Assembly (NCBI RefSeq): GCF_001644705.1
Contig: NZ_CP015137.1
Span: 1,620,001 to 1,652,000, forward strand
DNA from: Dickeya solani IPO 2222
Lineage (GTDB): Bacteria > Pseudomonadota > Gammaproteobacteria > Enterobacterales > Enterobacteriaceae
Length of the DNA: 32,000 nucleotides
Direction: 5' to 3'
Part shown: one piece after another, positions 1-13,669 of the stretch
Layout: the number at the start of each line of letters is the position of its first letter
How positions within the stretch are numbered: the stretch's first letter is position 1
Program-made: the position numbers and the translations under genes
The notes under the pieces: generated by a model
Seen by the model: the letters and a program-made list of their open reading frames with translations, nothing else
The model's database searches: none
Told to the model about the DNA's origin: nothing

Positions 1-2422
<2,422 letters not shown>

Positions 2423-2527
2423 TCACAACCCGAAAGTGTCTCGGGATGCGGGTATATTGAGAGACTCGACCGGCACACAAACTCACGCTCGCATGCCGTC
2501 GTTTCAAATTATTCAGCTTGTTCCGGA

Positions 2528-2540
2528 TTGTTAAAGAGCA
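2528..2540 (-). promoter_or_regulatory. boxA antitermination element in the 16S-23S spacer
   Basis: The reverse complement is TGCTCTTTAACAA, an exact match to the E. coli rrn boxA consensus as I recall it. Confidence 0.8.
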
Positions 2541-2616
2541 GATAACATAAACCTGACTATCTCTAATCAGTTTTAGGTTAGCGTTGACCGTGCCTTTCAC
2601 CCACCGTCAGTCATAT

Positions 2617-2692
2617 TGGCGTCCCCTAGGGGATTCGAACCCCTGTTACCGCCGTGAAAGGGCGGTGTCCTGGGCCTCTAGACGAAGGGGAC
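2617..2692 (-). tRNA. gltT-like: tRNA-Glu (anticodon UUC) in the rrn internal transcribed spacer
   Basis: The reverse complement is GTCCCCTTCGTCTAGAGGCCCAGGACACCGCCCTTTCACGGCGGTAACAGGGGTTCGAATCCCCTAGGGGACGCCA. This is 76 nt with an encoded CCA and the anticodon loop CUUUCAC. It is identical to E. coli tRNA-Glu as I recall it. Confidence 0.97.
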
Positions 2693-2735
2693 ATCACTTG
2701 TCAGCTTCGCAAGACGCTTTTGACTCTTTCTTATC

Positions 2736-2765
2736 ATCAGACAATCTGTGTGGACACCACGCAGG
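2736..2765 (-). other. 3' arm of the long-range 16S processing stem (RNase III substrate)
   Basis: atcagacaatctgtgtggacaccacgcagg is nearly the exact reverse complement of 4432-4460 (cctgcgagtgcccacacagattgtctgat). The two arms bracket the mature 16S, as in E. coli rrn operons. Confidence 0.8.
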
Positions 2766-2778
2766 CACTTCAACTCGG

Positions 2779-4320
<1,542 letters not shown>

Positions 4321-4431
4321 AAAGTTTGATGCTGCTTCCTAAGAAGCGGTGCTCAAAGAATTTACTGTTAGTTCATATGAATTAACTGTTGTCACTCTTC
4401 AAGACTTTCACTTAATTTTTTAGTGAAGTGT

Positions 4432-4460
4432 CCTGCGAGTGCCCACACAGATTGTCTGAT
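4432..4460 (-). other. 5' arm of the long-range 16S processing stem (RNase III substrate)
   Basis: Complementary to 2736-2765. Lies in the rrn leader just downstream of boxA. Confidence 0.8.
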
Positions 4461-4463
4461 TGA

Positions 4464-4476
4464 TTGTTAAAGAGCG
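4464..4476 (-). promoter_or_regulatory. leader boxA antitermination element
   Basis: The reverse complement CGCTCTTTAACAA matches 12/13 of the boxA consensus TGCTCTTTAACAA. Its position between P2 and the processing stem is the same as in E. coli. Confidence 0.75.
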
Positions 4477-4514
4477 GTGCGACCGGCTTGCAGCCTGCTG
4501 TCGCGAGGTGGCGT

Positions 4515-4542
4515 ATACTACGCTTTCCTCCTGCAGAGTCAA
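4515..4542 (-). promoter_or_regulatory. rrn P2 promoter
   Basis: The minus strand reads TTGACT-16 nt-TAGTAT followed by a GC-rich discriminator (acgccacctcgcg). This parallels E. coli rrn P2 (TTGACT-16-TATTAT). Confidence 0.75.
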
Positions 4543-4611
4543 CGATTTTTTCTCGTTTTCCCTGCCTGACACCGCGCTGCGTTTCCGCTGTTGCCGTGTC
4601 AGTGGATGCGC

Positions 4612-4662
4612 ATTATAGGGATCCGAACGGGTTACACAACCACTTTCTCACTCTTTTTTTCC
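4612..4662 (-). promoter_or_regulatory. rrn P1 promoter with A-rich UP-element region
   Basis: The minus strand reads GGAAAAAAAGAGTGAGAAAGTGG TTGTGT-16 nt-TATAAT GCGCATCCACTGACACGG. This is almost identical to E. coli rrnB P1 (TTGTCA-16-TATAAT GCGCCACCACTGACACGG). Confidence 0.85.
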
Positions 4663-4785
4663 GTTCGCGCATTTTTCCACCCTTACGTTGAGTTATTGTG
4701 CAAGCAACGCTATTTTCTGAGCAATAAAGCTGGATCCGACCAAGGATCCGGGATCTGTAACATTAACTTTAGGAGATTACGCCAT

Positions 4786-5331
4786 ATGTCCGAGGCATTA
4801 CGCCCGTTTAAAGGAACACTGCCAGTTATCGGTAAAAACGTCATGGTGGACCTTTCCAGCGTAGTTATCGGAGAGGTCATACTGGCGGATGATGTGAGCA
4901 TCTGGCCATTGGTGGTCATCCGGGGCGATGTCAACTTCATCCGGATTGGCTCGCGCACCAATATTCAGGATGGCTGCGTCTTGCACGTAACCCACCGTTC
5001 GGAAAAAAACGCGAATGGAAATCCATTAATTATCGGGGAAGATGTCACCGTCGGGCACAAGGCTATGTTACATGGTTGCACGATCGGCAATCGTGTCCTG
5101 GTGGGAATGGGTTCAATACTTCTTGATGGCGTCACCGTTGAAGATGACGTCATCATTGGTGCGGGCAGTTTGGTTTCGCCGGGAAAAACGCTGGAGAAAG
5201 GCTACCTTTATCTTGGTAGTCCAGCTAAAAAGGTTCGCACACTGACAGAGCAGGAGCTGGAAGGGCTGCTTTATTCATCCAATAACTATGTACGCTGGAA
5301 AGACGAATATCTGGGCCAATCAAAACAGTGA
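4786..5331 (+). CDS. yrdA: gamma-carbonic-anhydrase-like / hexapeptide-repeat protein YrdA
   Basis: MSEALRPFKGTLPVIGKNVMVDLSSVVIGEV...GSILLDG...YVRWKDEYL matches E. coli YrdA. The ATG at 4786 is preceded by AGGAG (4771-4775). The track ORF start at 4591 is an upstream in-frame extension into the rrn promoter region. Confidence 0.93.
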   Translation: MSEALRPFKGTLPVIGKNVMVDLSSVVIGEVILADDVSIWPLVVIRGDVNFIRIGSRTNIQDGCVLHVTHRSEKNANGNPLIIGEDVTVGHKAMLHGCTIGNRVLVGMGSILLDGVTVEDDVIIGAGSLVSPGKTLEKGYLYLGSPAKKVRTLTEQELEGLLYSSNNYVRWKDEYLGQSKQ

Positions 5332-5349
5332 AGCCATTGGTGCTTTTCA

Positions 5350-5619
5350 TCAGTGAATTTCATCACTAAGCAGAAAGCGCCCTTGCTCATCGTATTCATC
5401 ATCATGAATCAGTCGTTCAAACTCATCTTCCCAGTCCCAGCGATGTTCGCGGAACAGTGACAGCCACTGTTCCGGCTGCACGTCACCATAGCGTTCCAGC
5501 AAAACATGTCGTCTAATCACACACTCGCGCTGGAACCCGCCTACCAGTACCGGAAAAATGATCGCCTCATCATGATCACTCCACCCTTCCCGATCGGGAA
5601 ACTGAATCGCCTGATTCAT
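5350..5619 (-). CDS. yrdB: DUF1488-family protein YrdB
   Basis: 89-aa ORF beginning [11 protein letters not shown], like E. coli YrdB. Its start overlaps the aroE stop (ATGA at 5616-5619). Confidence 0.85.
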   Translation of the reverse strand: MNQAIQFPDREGWSDHDEAIIFPVLVGGFQRECVIRRHVLLERYGDVQPEQWLSLFREHRWDWEDEFERLIHDDEYDEQGRFLLSDEIH

Positions 5620-6443
5620 GCTCCCAGTTCCTGCTTCATTTTACGAATTACCGGCACGGCATCCGGCATGACGCCATGCCACAAACTGAACGCATGCGCC
5701 GCCTGCCAGACCAGCATACCTATCCCGTCAACATACCGTTGTGAGCCTTGCTGGATGCACCACTTCAAGAAAGGAGTCGGCTCCGACTGATAAAACATGT
5801 CATAGCAACACACATCAGGAGAAATCAGAGAGGCTGGCAGATCAGGAATATCACCCGCTACTCCCGATGACGTGGCATTGATAATCAAATCAACAGAATT
5901 GTTGCCCACTTTTTCCATCGGCAACGCACTCACCTGACCATAGCGGCTGAAATGTTCAGCCAATGCGCCAGCTCTGGCAAATGTGCGATTAGCAATAAGT
6001 AACTCGCATCCGTACGCAAGCAAAGGCTGAATAACGCCACGTGCTGCACCACCCGCCCCCACCAGCAACACCCGATAATGAGGCTGGATAAACTCATGCT
6101 GCTGCAAATCACTCAGCAGACCGATACCATCAGTATTGTCGCCATAAAGCGAACCATCGTCTTTCCTTTGGATGGTGTTGACGGCGCCAGCGGAACGGGC
6201 ACGTTCGCTTAGCTCATCCATAGCCGCGCATGCACGCTCCTTGAACGGAGCCGTCACATTAGCGCCGCATGCGCCATGTTGAAAAAACGCTTTCAGGCTG
6301 TCTTCAAAGCCATCCAACGGCGCCAGTATTCGCTCGTAGGTCAGCGAGATCCCCGTCTGCTCGGCAAACAGCGCATGAATGCGCGGCGATTTGCTGTGCG
6401 CAATAGGATGACCAAAAACTGCAAAAGATTGACTCACGGGCAC
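5616..6443 (-). CDS. aroE: shikimate 5-dehydrogenase
   Basis: 275-aa [20 protein letters not shown]...NVTAPFKE...GDNTDGIG...[11 protein letters not shown] are the AroE signature motifs. Confidence 0.95.
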   Translation of the reverse strand: MPVSQSFAVFGHPIAHSKSPRIHALFAEQTGISLTYERILAPLDGFEDSLKAFFQHGACGANVTAPFKERACAAMDELSERARSAGAVNTIQRKDDGSLYGDNTDGIGLLSDLQQHEFIQPHYRVLLVGAGGAARGVIQPLLAYGCELLIANRTFARAGALAEHFSRYGQVSALPMEKVGNNSVDLIINATSSGVAGDIPDLPASLISPDVCCYDMFYQSEPTPFLKWCIQQGSQRYVDGIGMLVWQAAHAFSLWHGVMPDAVPVIRKMKQELGA

Positions 6444-6461
6444 CTTGTTCTCCAGTACTTG

Positions 6462-7031
6462 CTACCCCTGACGCAACATTGCTCCCGTCAGGGCATCACG
6501 AATTTCCGATGGATTCAGACGACCACCAACCTCGCCATTCAGGACAGGAAAACTCCCGCCAAACTGCTCCGCCACTTCTCTGGCTGTACGACACGGCGGC
6601 TGGCCGCTCAGATTAGCACTGGTAGAAACCAGCGGCTTTCCGAATGCCAAGCACAGTTGTTTCACCAGCGGGTGATCGCTAACCCGCACGGCCAGTGAAG
6701 TGAACTGCCCGGTAAGCCAATCCGGCGTCACTCTTTTGGCCGGGAGCACCCAGGTAACCGGCCCTGGCCAGGAGGCAAAGATGGCTTGACGTTGAATGTC
6801 CGACAAGGCGGACACTTCGACATAAGGTTCCAGTTGCTGAAAATCCGCCGCAATCAGGATCAGCCCTTTTTCACGTGGACGTTGTTTCAACGCCAATAAA
6901 CGTTCTACTGCCGTTTCACTGTCAGGATCACACCCAAGCCCAAATACAGCCTCCGTTGGGTAGGCGATCACATTTTCTTCCCGCAGTTGCTGTAACAGCG
7001 GTGCTAAATCTTCAGAATTTACATTACTCAT
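6462..7031 (-). CDS. tsaC: threonylcarbamoyl-AMP synthase (t6A37 pathway)
   Basis: ...[32 protein letters not shown]...[16 protein letters not shown]...[15 protein letters not shown] is collinear with E. coli TsaC/YrdC (190 aa). Start chosen at Met18 of the track ORF (MSNVNSEDL...). It overlaps the yrdD stop by 8 nt. Confidence 0.9.
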   Translation of the reverse strand: MSNVNSEDLAPLLQQLREENVIAYPTEAVFGLGCDPDSETAVERLLALKQRPREKGLILIAADFQQLEPYVEVSALSDIQRQAIFASWPGPVTWVLPAKRVTPDWLTGQFTSLAVRVSDHPLVKQLCLAFGKPLVSTSANLSGQPPCRTAREVAEQFGGSFPVLNGEVGGRLNPSEIRDALTGAMLRQG

Positions 7032-7584
7032 CACAATGGCTTTCTTCAGCCGATACCGGCTTTCCACACAATTTACTGGCACAAAAGCGCCTTACGCCCT
7101 GCGCAGTTTTCTTCTCTATCAATAACGGGTAATGGCAATATTCGCATTCCCCGGCAATCGGTTTGTGATTCAGCGTAAACTGGCAAGCTGGATAACGTTC
7201 GCAGGAGTGAAACGTCTTGCCATAGCGAGACTTACGCTGCAGCAATCGGCCTTCATGGCACTGGGGACATGTCAGGGTCGTTTCGTCTGGGCGATCAATC
7301 GCTTCCGTATGCTCGCATTCTGGATAGTTACTGCAACAGATGAACATGCCATAGCGCCCCTGACGCAGCACCAGCGCCGACTGACAACGAGGACAATGCT
7401 GCCCATCCAGCACCTTCACCACATGCCCATCGGCATAGGCTTTAAGCGGTCGAATATAATGGCATTCGGGATAACGGGAACAACCAAGAAACGGGCCGTG
7501 CTGTCCGGAACGGATAACCAACACGGCCCCACATTCAGGGCACACCTGTTGCGGCTTTTCAGCAATAAGTATGGTTTTGACCAT
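7024..7584 (-). CDS. yrdD: topoisomerase-I-type zinc-ribbon protein YrdD
   Basis: 186-aa ORF with four CxxC...Cx4-5C modules (C15/C18/C35/C41, C64/C67/C84/C90, C106/C109/C128/C134, C147/C150/C168/C173). Position between smg and tsaC is as in E. coli. Confidence 0.88.
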   Translation of the reverse strand: MVKTILIAEKPQQVCPECGAVLVIRSGQHGPFLGCSRYPECHYIRPLKAYADGHVVKVLDGQHCPRCQSALVLRQGRYGMFICCSNYPECEHTEAIDRPDETTLTCPQCHEGRLLQRKSRYGKTFHSCERYPACQFTLNHKPIAGECEYCHYPLLIEKKTAQGVRRFCASKLCGKPVSAEESHCDE

Positions 7585-7603
7585 GATTTACTTTGATTCC
7601 CGA

Positions 7604-8077
7604 CTACTGCAAATACCCTTCATTGGCTTCAAAGAGTAAATCTTCCATTTGCTGGTAAGCATTTTCGCAACCAGGCACATTGAAAAGCACCATTAGAATG
7701 ACCCATTTTAGATCTTCCAGGTCAAAATCCTGCGTTTCAAGCGCCATCACCCGATCAATGACCATCTCACGGGTTTCCAAACTGAGCACTTTAATCTGCT
7801 CAAGAAACAGCAGAAAGCCGCGGCAATCCACATCCAGACGTTGTTCCTCTTCAGCGGTGTAAAAACGCAACGCCAGAGGGTCGCTGGCCAACGCCAGTGG
7901 CGGGGTTTGCCCTTCCTGCAAGTCGGCCAGTTTTTCCAGCCAGTCCAACGCGCTGTAGATATCGTCACGATCAAATCCCGCGCGGGTGAGGTCATCAGTC
8001 AACGTATCTTGATCGACACGCATTTCGGTTTCATTGTGGATGTAAGTTTCAAACAAGTACATGAGTACGTCGAACAT
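7604..8077 (-). CDS. smg: Smg (DUF494) protein
   Basis: 157 aa. [14 protein letters not shown]...[27 protein letters not shown] is near-identical to E. coli Smg. The start overlaps the dprA 3' end by 29 nt. Confidence 0.93.
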   Translation of the reverse strand: MFDVLMYLFETYIHNETEMRVDQDTLTDDLTRAGFDRDDIYSALDWLEKLADLQEGQTPPLALASDPLALRFYTAEEEQRLDVDCRGFLLFLEQIKVLSLETREMVIDRVMALETQDFDLEDLKWVILMVLFNVPGCENAYQQMEDLLFEANEGYLQ

Positions 8078-9182
8078 GGCCTGCCCTCCTTATACGGACA
8101 TAGCCGCCGGGTACAGCTGCGATCCACCCTGCTAACTCCAGATCCAGTAACTTACTCACCACCTCTGGCACAGGTTGGCCGGCACGTTCAGCGACAACGT
8201 CAACAGGTGTAACCTCATCTCCTACGGTAGCCAACACATCAGCAAATGGCAATTCCAGTTCACCTTCCGTCGCACAAATAATTTCCGGAATGCCCTCATT
8301 AGGAATATCGGCAAACCAGCGCAGTCCATTATGGAGTTGTTCAAAAATGTCCTGAGGCCGGGTAACCAGGCTGGCCCCTTGCTGTATCAACCAGTGGTTA
8401 CCTTCCGTCATCGGATTCCCAATCGGACCGGGCAGAGCGAATACCTCGCGATTCTGCTCCAATGCATAACGCGCCGTCACCAGCGAGCCACTACGCATCG
8501 ACGCTTCCACCACCAGAACTCCCAAGCTTAATCCGCTGATAATGCGATTGCGGCGTGGGAAATTCACCGGTAGAGGCCGGGTATTCAGGGGAAATTCCGA
8601 CACCAGTGCACCACCCTGCTGCACAATTGCATCCGCCAGAGTCAGATGCCGGCGCGGATAAAGCTGGTTTAATCCACTCCCCAATACCGCAATGGTTTTT
8701 CCGCCCGCCTGCAGGGCGGCCTGATGGGCAATGCCATCAATCCCCACGGCAAGTCCGCTGGTGATCGTCAGATGGTTTAGGCTGAGCTGCTGGCTGAAGA
8801 CATGTCCCCACTGTTCGCCGTAAGCGCTATTGTTGCGACTGCCAATCACCGCGACCTGCGGAGATGACAGTACGCCAACATCTCCGGCGACATACAAACA
8901 TAGCGGGGGAGAAACGATGTTACTGAGCAAAGGGGGATAATCGGCGCTGTTGAATGTCACCAGGTGATGATCCGGCTTTTCCAGCCAGCGCGCTGTATTC
9001 TGGATATCCAGATCGCTCAAGGCGAGAAACTGCTCGGTCTGATTTTCCGTCAGGCCCAGCGATTTCAGATATTCCACCGAATACGAATTTTCGGCCAGCA
9101 ATTGGCTGAACAATGCCGCGCACCGTTTAGCGCCAAGACCCTTAACCGACGCCAGACGCAACCAGATTTCCATATCCGTCAT
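8049..9182 (-). CDS. dprA: DNA-processing protein A (Smf/DprA)
   Basis: 377 aa. ...[16 protein letters not shown]...[18 protein letters not shown]...[12 protein letters not shown]...[15 protein letters not shown] are DprA hallmarks and are collinear with E. coli Smf. Confidence 0.95.
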   Translation of the reverse strand: MTDMEIWLRLASVKGLGAKRCAALFSQLLAENSYSVEYLKSLGLTENQTEQFLALSDLDIQNTARWLEKPDHHLVTFNSADYPPLLSNIVSPPLCLYVAGDVGVLSSPQVAVIGSRNNSAYGEQWGHVFSQQLSLNHLTITSGLAVGIDGIAHQAALQAGGKTIAVLGSGLNQLYPRRHLTLADAIVQQGGALVSEFPLNTRPLPVNFPRRNRIISGLSLGVLVVEASMRSGSLVTARYALEQNREVFALPGPIGNPMTEGNHWLIQQGASLVTRPQDIFEQLHNGLRWFADIPNEGIPEIICATEGELELPFADVLATVGDEVTPVDVVAERAGQPVPEVVSKLLDLELAGWIAAVPGGYVRIRRAGHVRRTHVLV

Positions 9183-9219
9183 ACCCCACTCCGTATCCTA
9201 CTGTACCGTGGCCGTGATG

Positions 9220-9249
9220 CTGTCAATCACCCTCGGAAATGTCTACAAT
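9220..9249 (+). promoter_or_regulatory. candidate def-fmt promoter
   Basis: CTGTCA-18 nt-TACAAT lies about 45 nt upstream of the def ATG. Pattern match only. Confidence 0.3.
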
Positions 9250-9294
9250 AAAGGCTGGAGCGTTCTAACCACCTGAAGACAGATCTAATCATAT

Positions 9295-9804
9295 ATGTCA
9301 GTGTTGCAAGTATTACATTTCCCCGATGAGCGGCTTCGCATTAAGGCGCAGCCGGTAAAAGAAGTTAATGCAGAGATTCAGCGTATCGTGGACGATATGT
9401 TCGATACCATGTACGAGGAAGAAGGCATTGGCCTCGCGGCCACGCAAGTTGATATCCATCAGCGCATTATCGTGATTGATGTTTCAGAAGATCGGGATCA
9501 ACGACTGGTGCTGATCAACCCGGAACTGCTGGATAAATCCGGTGATACCGGAATTGAAGAAGGCTGTTTGTCCATTCCTGAAACTCGTGCGCTGGTTCCG
9601 CGAGCAGAACACGTCAACGTGCGCGCACTGGATCGCGAAGGTAACCCGTTTGAGCTGGAAGCCGACGGCTTGCTGGCGATTTGCATTCAGCATGAAATGG
9701 ACCACCTGGTTGGCAAACTGTTTATCGACTACCTGTCACCGCTGAAGCGCCAACGCATTCGCCAGAAGCTGGAAAAATTGGCCAGACAAAACAGCAAGGC
9801 ATAA
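9295..9804 (+). CDS. def: peptide deformylase
   Basis: 169 aa. Contains the [13 protein letters not shown] and QHEMDH metal-binding motifs. Confidence 0.97.
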   Translation: MSVLQVLHFPDERLRIKAQPVKEVNAEIQRIVDDMFDTMYEEEGIGLAATQVDIHQRIIVIDVSEDRDQRLVLINPELLDKSGDTGIEEGCLSIPETRALVPRAEHVNVRALDREGNPFELEADGLLAICIQHEMDHLVGKLFIDYLSPLKRQRIRQKLEKLARQNSKA

Positions 9805-9841
9805 ACCGCCTCGTAAAACCTATCTCCAGGCAGGAAACCAC

Positions 9842-10783
9842 GTGTCATTACGCATTATTTTCTCAGGAACGCCTGATTTCGCCGCACAGCATCTTGCAGG
9901 GCTGCTATCGTCAGAGCATGAGGTTGTCGGCGTTTTCACCCAACCGGACCGCCCGGCAGGCCGCGGCAACAAGCTAACGCCCAGCCCGGTTAAAGTACTG
10001 GCTGAACAGCATGGTATTCCGGTATTCCAACCCAAATCATTACGCCCTGCAGAGAATCAACAGTTGGTGGCGGAACTGGGCGCTGATGTAATGGTTGTGG
10101 TTGCCTATGGCCTCATCCTGCCTCAAGCCGTGCTGGATATGCCTCGTCTGGGATGCATCAATGTACATGGGTCGTTGCTGCCGCGCTGGCGCGGAGCGGC
10201 GCCGATACAGCGCGCGCTCTGGGCTGGCGATACACAGACGGGAATCACGATCATGCAGATGGACGCCGGGCTGGATACTGGCGCCATGCTTCACAAAATC
10301 GACTGCCCGATTCTGCCGGACGACACCAGCGCCACGCTGTATGACAAGCTGGCAAAACTGGGTCCTCAGGGATTGATGGATACACTGGCGCAATTGTCCG
10401 CCTCTCAGGCGAGCGCCGAAGCACAGGACGACAGTCTGGCAACCTATGCAGAAAAACTGAGCAAGGAAGAAGCGCGTTTGAACTGGCAATTGTCGGCAAA
10501 ACAGCTGGAACGCTGCATTCGTGCTTTCAATCCGTGGCCTGTCAGTTATTTTCTGATTGAGGAACAGCCGGTAAAAGTCTGGAAAGCAGAGGCGCTGAAC
10601 GCCTCACATCAGCAACAGCCGGGAACCATACTTGCTGCCGATAAAGATGGTATCCAGATTGCGACCGCTGACGGCGTATTAAATATTCAGGTCCTGCAAC
10701 CGTCGGGCAAAAAAGCCATGTCAGCGCAGGATTTGCTTAATTCTCGCCGCGAATGGTTCACCCCTGGCCACACACTGGCCTGA
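9842..10783 (+). CDS. fmt: methionyl-tRNA formyltransferase
   Basis: 313 aa with a GTG start. [16 protein letters not shown]...[19 protein letters not shown]...[18 protein letters not shown] matches E. coli Fmt. Confidence 0.96.
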   Translation: MSLRIIFSGTPDFAAQHLAGLLSSEHEVVGVFTQPDRPAGRGNKLTPSPVKVLAEQHGIPVFQPKSLRPAENQQLVAELGADVMVVVAYGLILPQAVLDMPRLGCINVHGSLLPRWRGAAPIQRALWAGDTQTGITIMQMDAGLDTGAMLHKIDCPILPDDTSATLYDKLAKLGPQGLMDTLAQLSASQASAEAQDDSLATYAEKLSKEEARLNWQLSAKQLERCIRAFNPWPVSYFLIEEQPVKVWKAEALNASHQQQPGTILAADKDGIQIATADGVLNIQVLQPSGKKAMSAQDLLNSRREWFTPGHTLA

Positions 10784-10843
10784 TACCACGGTACCGACCT
10801 TACATGTCGGTACCACTGACATTCTCCTATCCGTTCTAAGCCA

Positions 10844-12139
10844 ATGAAAAGCAAATATAATCTTCGTAGCATTGCCGCCACTGCTCTTGTCCAGGTTGTC
10901 GAACAAGGACAATCACTCAGCCACCTGCTGCCTGCACTCCAGCGAGACATCAGTGAGAAAGATCGCGGCCTGCTGCAAGAGATCTGCTTTGGCGTACTAC
11001 GCGTATTACCACAGCTGGATTGGCATCTTCGTCAACTGATGGCCAAACCGCTTACCGGCAAGCAGAAGGTACTTCATTATCTGTTGATGGTAGGTCTTTA
11101 TCAGCTCATCCATACTCGCATTCCCCCCCATGCCGCGCTGGCGGAGACGGTTAACGGCGCAGTTGCCCTGAAACGGCCACAGCTGAAAGGATTGATCAAT
11201 GGCGTCTTGCGCCAGTTCCAGCGTCAGCAGGACGAGTTGCAGCAACGGTTGCAGAACAATCCAGCGCGCTATGCGCACCCAGACTGGCTGCTGCAACGAC
11301 TGAAAAAGGCCTATCCTGAGCAATGGGAGCGCATTGTCGAGGCGAACAATCAGCATCCTCCCATGTGGTTACGGGTCAACCGGCAGCATCATACCCGGGC
11401 AGCCTATTTGACGTTACTGCAGGAAAAAGCGATAGACGCTTATCCTCATTCGTTCTATCCGGATGCAATTCGACTGGGGACGCCTTGCGCTGTCAATCAG
11501 TTACCGGGGTTCGAGCAGGGCTGGGTCACCGTACAGGACGCATCAGCACAAGGCTGTATTCACTGGCTGACACCGCAAGACCACGAAGATATTCTCGATC
11601 TGTGCGCCGCGCCTGGCGGAAAGACAACCCACATACTTGAAGCCGCTCCCCATGCCCATGTACTTGCCGTCGACGTGGATGAGCAACGGCTGAAGCGGGT
11701 TAGAGAGAATTTGCAACGCCTTAGTCAACATGCTGAGGTCAAATGCGGAGATGGTCGAACACCATCAGAATGGTGTGGGGACAAGCTCTTTGATCGTATT
11801 TTGCTTGATGCTCCTTGCTCCGCGACCGGCGTCATTCGCCGTCATCCGGATATCAAGTGGCTGCGCCGCGATAGCGACATTACCGAACTGGCTTCTCTAC
11901 AACAGACTATTCTGGAGGCTATCTGGCCCCGGCTGAAAAGTGGCGGCACGCTGGTGTACGCCACCTGCTCTATACTACCAGAGGAAAACCACCAGCAAGT
12001 GGCCGCATTTCTGCAACGCCATCCCGATGCCGCATTGGTTGACACCGGTAGCCCAGAGCATCCTGGGATTCAGAAATTACCGGCGGCGGAAGATGGCGAT
12101 GGTTTCTTTTATGCGAAGCTGGTAAAAAACGGGCAATAG
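10844..12139 (+). CDS. rsmB: 16S rRNA m5C967 methyltransferase
   Basis: 431 aa. An N-terminal NusB-like region is followed by the methyltransferase motifs [31 protein letters not shown] and TLVYATCS. Confidence 0.96.
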   Translation: MKSKYNLRSIAATALVQVVEQGQSLSHLLPALQRDISEKDRGLLQEICFGVLRVLPQLDWHLRQLMAKPLTGKQKVLHYLLMVGLYQLIHTRIPPHAALAETVNGAVALKRPQLKGLINGVLRQFQRQQDELQQRLQNNPARYAHPDWLLQRLKKAYPEQWERIVEANNQHPPMWLRVNRQHHTRAAYLTLLQEKAIDAYPHSFYPDAIRLGTPCAVNQLPGFEQGWVTVQDASAQGCIHWLTPQDHEDILDLCAAPGGKTTHILEAAPHAHVLAVDVDEQRLKRVRENLQRLSQHAEVKCGDGRTPSEWCGDKLFDRILLDAPCSATGVIRRHPDIKWLRRDSDITELASLQQTILEAIWPRLKSGGTLVYATCSILPEENHQQVAAFLQRHPDAALVDTGSPEHPGIQKLPAAEDGDGFFYAKLVKNGQ

Positions 12140-12189
12140 CTCTATCCGATTGATAAGCCCCGACAGAAACAGATACGGCAGAAATCACG

Positions 12190-13566
12190 ATGAAGATAAT
12201 TATTCTTGGTGCAGGTCAGGTTGGCGGAACGCTGGCAGAAAATCTGTCAGGCGAAAACAATGATATTACCGTTGTGGATACCAATACGACCCGGTTACGT
12301 CAGCTTCAGGACAAATTCGATCTGCGGGTGGTGACTGGCTATGCCTCCCATCCGCGCGTATTACGCGAAGCGGGCGCGGAAGATGCGGATATGTTGATCG
12401 CCGTAACCAACTCCGACGAAACCAATATGATCGCCTGTCAGGTAGCTTACTCCCTGTTCAATACTCCCAATCGCATCGCGCGTATCCGCTCATCGGAATA
12501 TATCCGCGAATCTGAGCAGTTGTTTCAGGCGGAAGCCGTCCCGATTGATCACCTTATTTCGCCGGAACAACTGGTTATCGACAATATTTATAAATTGATC
12601 GAGTATCCGGGTGCCTTGCAGGTGGTTAATTTTGCGGAAGGGAAAGTCAGTATTGCCGCGGTAAATGCGTACTATGGTGGGCCTCTGGTAGGTAATGCTA
12701 TTGCAACAATGCGCGACCATATGCCCCACATAGAAACGCGGGTCGCAGCAATTTTCCGTCATGACCGGCCGATTCGTCCTCAAGGCTCAACCGTGATTGA
12801 AGCCGGCGATGAGGTGTTCTTTATCGCCGCCTCACAGCATATTCGAGCAGTGATGAGTGAGATGCAACGGCTGGAGAAGCCTTATAAGCGCATCATGATT
12901 GTTGGAGGGGGAAATGTGGGTGCTGGGCTGGCCCTGAGACTCGAAAAGGATTATAGCGTCAAACTCATAGAGCGTGACGCGTTGCGGGCAGCTGAATTGG
13001 CGGAGCACTTGCAACACACCATCGTCTTCCACGGCGATGCTTCTGACCAAGAGTTGCTGGCTCAGGAGCATGTTGAACAGATTGATGTATTCATCGCCAT
13101 CACCAACGATGATGAAGCGAATATCATGTCGGCCATGCTGGCAAAACGGATGGGTGCCAAAAAAGCGATGGTACTGATCCAACGCCGGGCCTATGTCGAT
13201 CTGGTGCAGGGTAGTGTCATTGATGTTGCGATTTCGCCGCAGCAGGCCACCATTTCCGCATTACTGGGACATGTTCGTAAAGCGGATATCGTCAGTGTTT
13301 CGTCGCTACGACGCGGTGTAGCGGAAGCGATTGAGGCAATTGCGCATGGTGATGAAGGCACATCGAAAGTAGTAGGCCGCATGATCGCCGATATCAAACT
13401 GCCGCCAGGAACGATTATCGGGGCAATTGTGCGCGGCGACGACGTCATCATTGCCAATAACAATTTGCAGGTAGAACAGGGTGACCATGTCATCATGTTT
13501 TTGACTGACAAGAAATATGTCTCCGACGTCGAGCGTTTATTCCAGCCCAGTCCATTCTTCCTCTAA
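12190..13566 (+). CDS. trkA: Trk potassium-uptake system NAD-binding subunit
   Basis: 458 aa. Two Rossmann repeats are present ([16 protein letters not shown] and [14 protein letters not shown]). Confidence 0.96.
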   Translation: MKIIILGAGQVGGTLAENLSGENNDITVVDTNTTRLRQLQDKFDLRVVTGYASHPRVLREAGAEDADMLIAVTNSDETNMIACQVAYSLFNTPNRIARIRSSEYIRESEQLFQAEAVPIDHLISPEQLVIDNIYKLIEYPGALQVVNFAEGKVSIAAVNAYYGGPLVGNAIATMRDHMPHIETRVAAIFRHDRPIRPQGSTVIEAGDEVFFIAASQHIRAVMSEMQRLEKPYKRIMIVGGGNVGAGLALRLEKDYSVKLIERDALRAAELAEHLQHTIVFHGDASDQELLAQEHVEQIDVFIAITNDDEANIMSAMLAKRMGAKKAMVLIQRRAYVDLVQGSVIDVAISPQQATISALLGHVRKADIVSVSSLRRGVAEAIEAIAHGDEGTSKVVGRMIADIKLPPGTIIGAIVRGDDVIIANNNLQVEQGDHVIMFLTDKKYVSDVERLFQPSPFFL

Positions 13567-13612
13567 CCACTCCTCAGGGCGTTTTATCCTGCACGTCCTG
13601 AGGAATCCCATT

Positions 13613-13641
13613 TTGGTAAATTCCCCATCGCTTGTTAAAAT
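13613..13641 (+). promoter_or_regulatory. candidate mscL promoter
   Basis: TTGGTA-17 nt-TAAAAT ends 28 nt upstream of the mscL ATG. The SD GGGGAGA follows. Pattern match only. Confidence 0.4.
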
Positions 13642-13669
13642 TAAAAAAGGTTTTATCGGGGAGAATGTT

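Noticed and set aside
2617-2692. tRNA-Glu as a possible integration hotspot for a genomic island.
   Set aside because: It lies inside the rrn spacer and is flanked directly by 16S and 23S. There is no integrase, no direct repeat of the tRNA 3' end, and no foreign DNA.
4619-4749. Three BamHI sites (GGATCC) within 130 bp, and KpnI sites (GGTACC) in the fmt-rsmB hairpin and the tufA terminator. These could be cloning scars or an engineered sequence.
   Set aside because: The flanking sequence is contiguous native-looking chromosome: rrn P1 is nearly identical to E. coli, and no vector, linker or selection-marker sequence is present. I treated these as natural and reported the GATC cluster separately.
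4591-4785. N-terminal extensions in the ORF track: yrdA from 4591, mscL from 13517, tsaC to 7082, yhdN to 14833, rpsN to 22414, rpmD to 20020 and bfd to 29618.
   Set aside because: Homologue-length starts with better SD placement exist downstream. The extensions run into promoters or neighbouring genes. bfd remains somewhat ambiguous (see findings).
6276-7596. 140-aa and 154-aa plus-strand ORFs (6276-6698, 7132-7596) opposite aroE/tsaC and yrdD. Also the 149-aa minus-strand ORF 10040-10489 opposite fmt.
   Set aside because: They are antisense to genes with clear homology-grade translations. They have no SD or promoter and no recognisable domains.
13572-13603. Inverted repeat cctcagg-18 nt-cctgagg after trkA as a terminator.
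   Set aside because: It has only a 7-bp stem with an 18-nt loop and a weak U tract (aatcccatttt). That is too marginal to call, so I left it unannotated.
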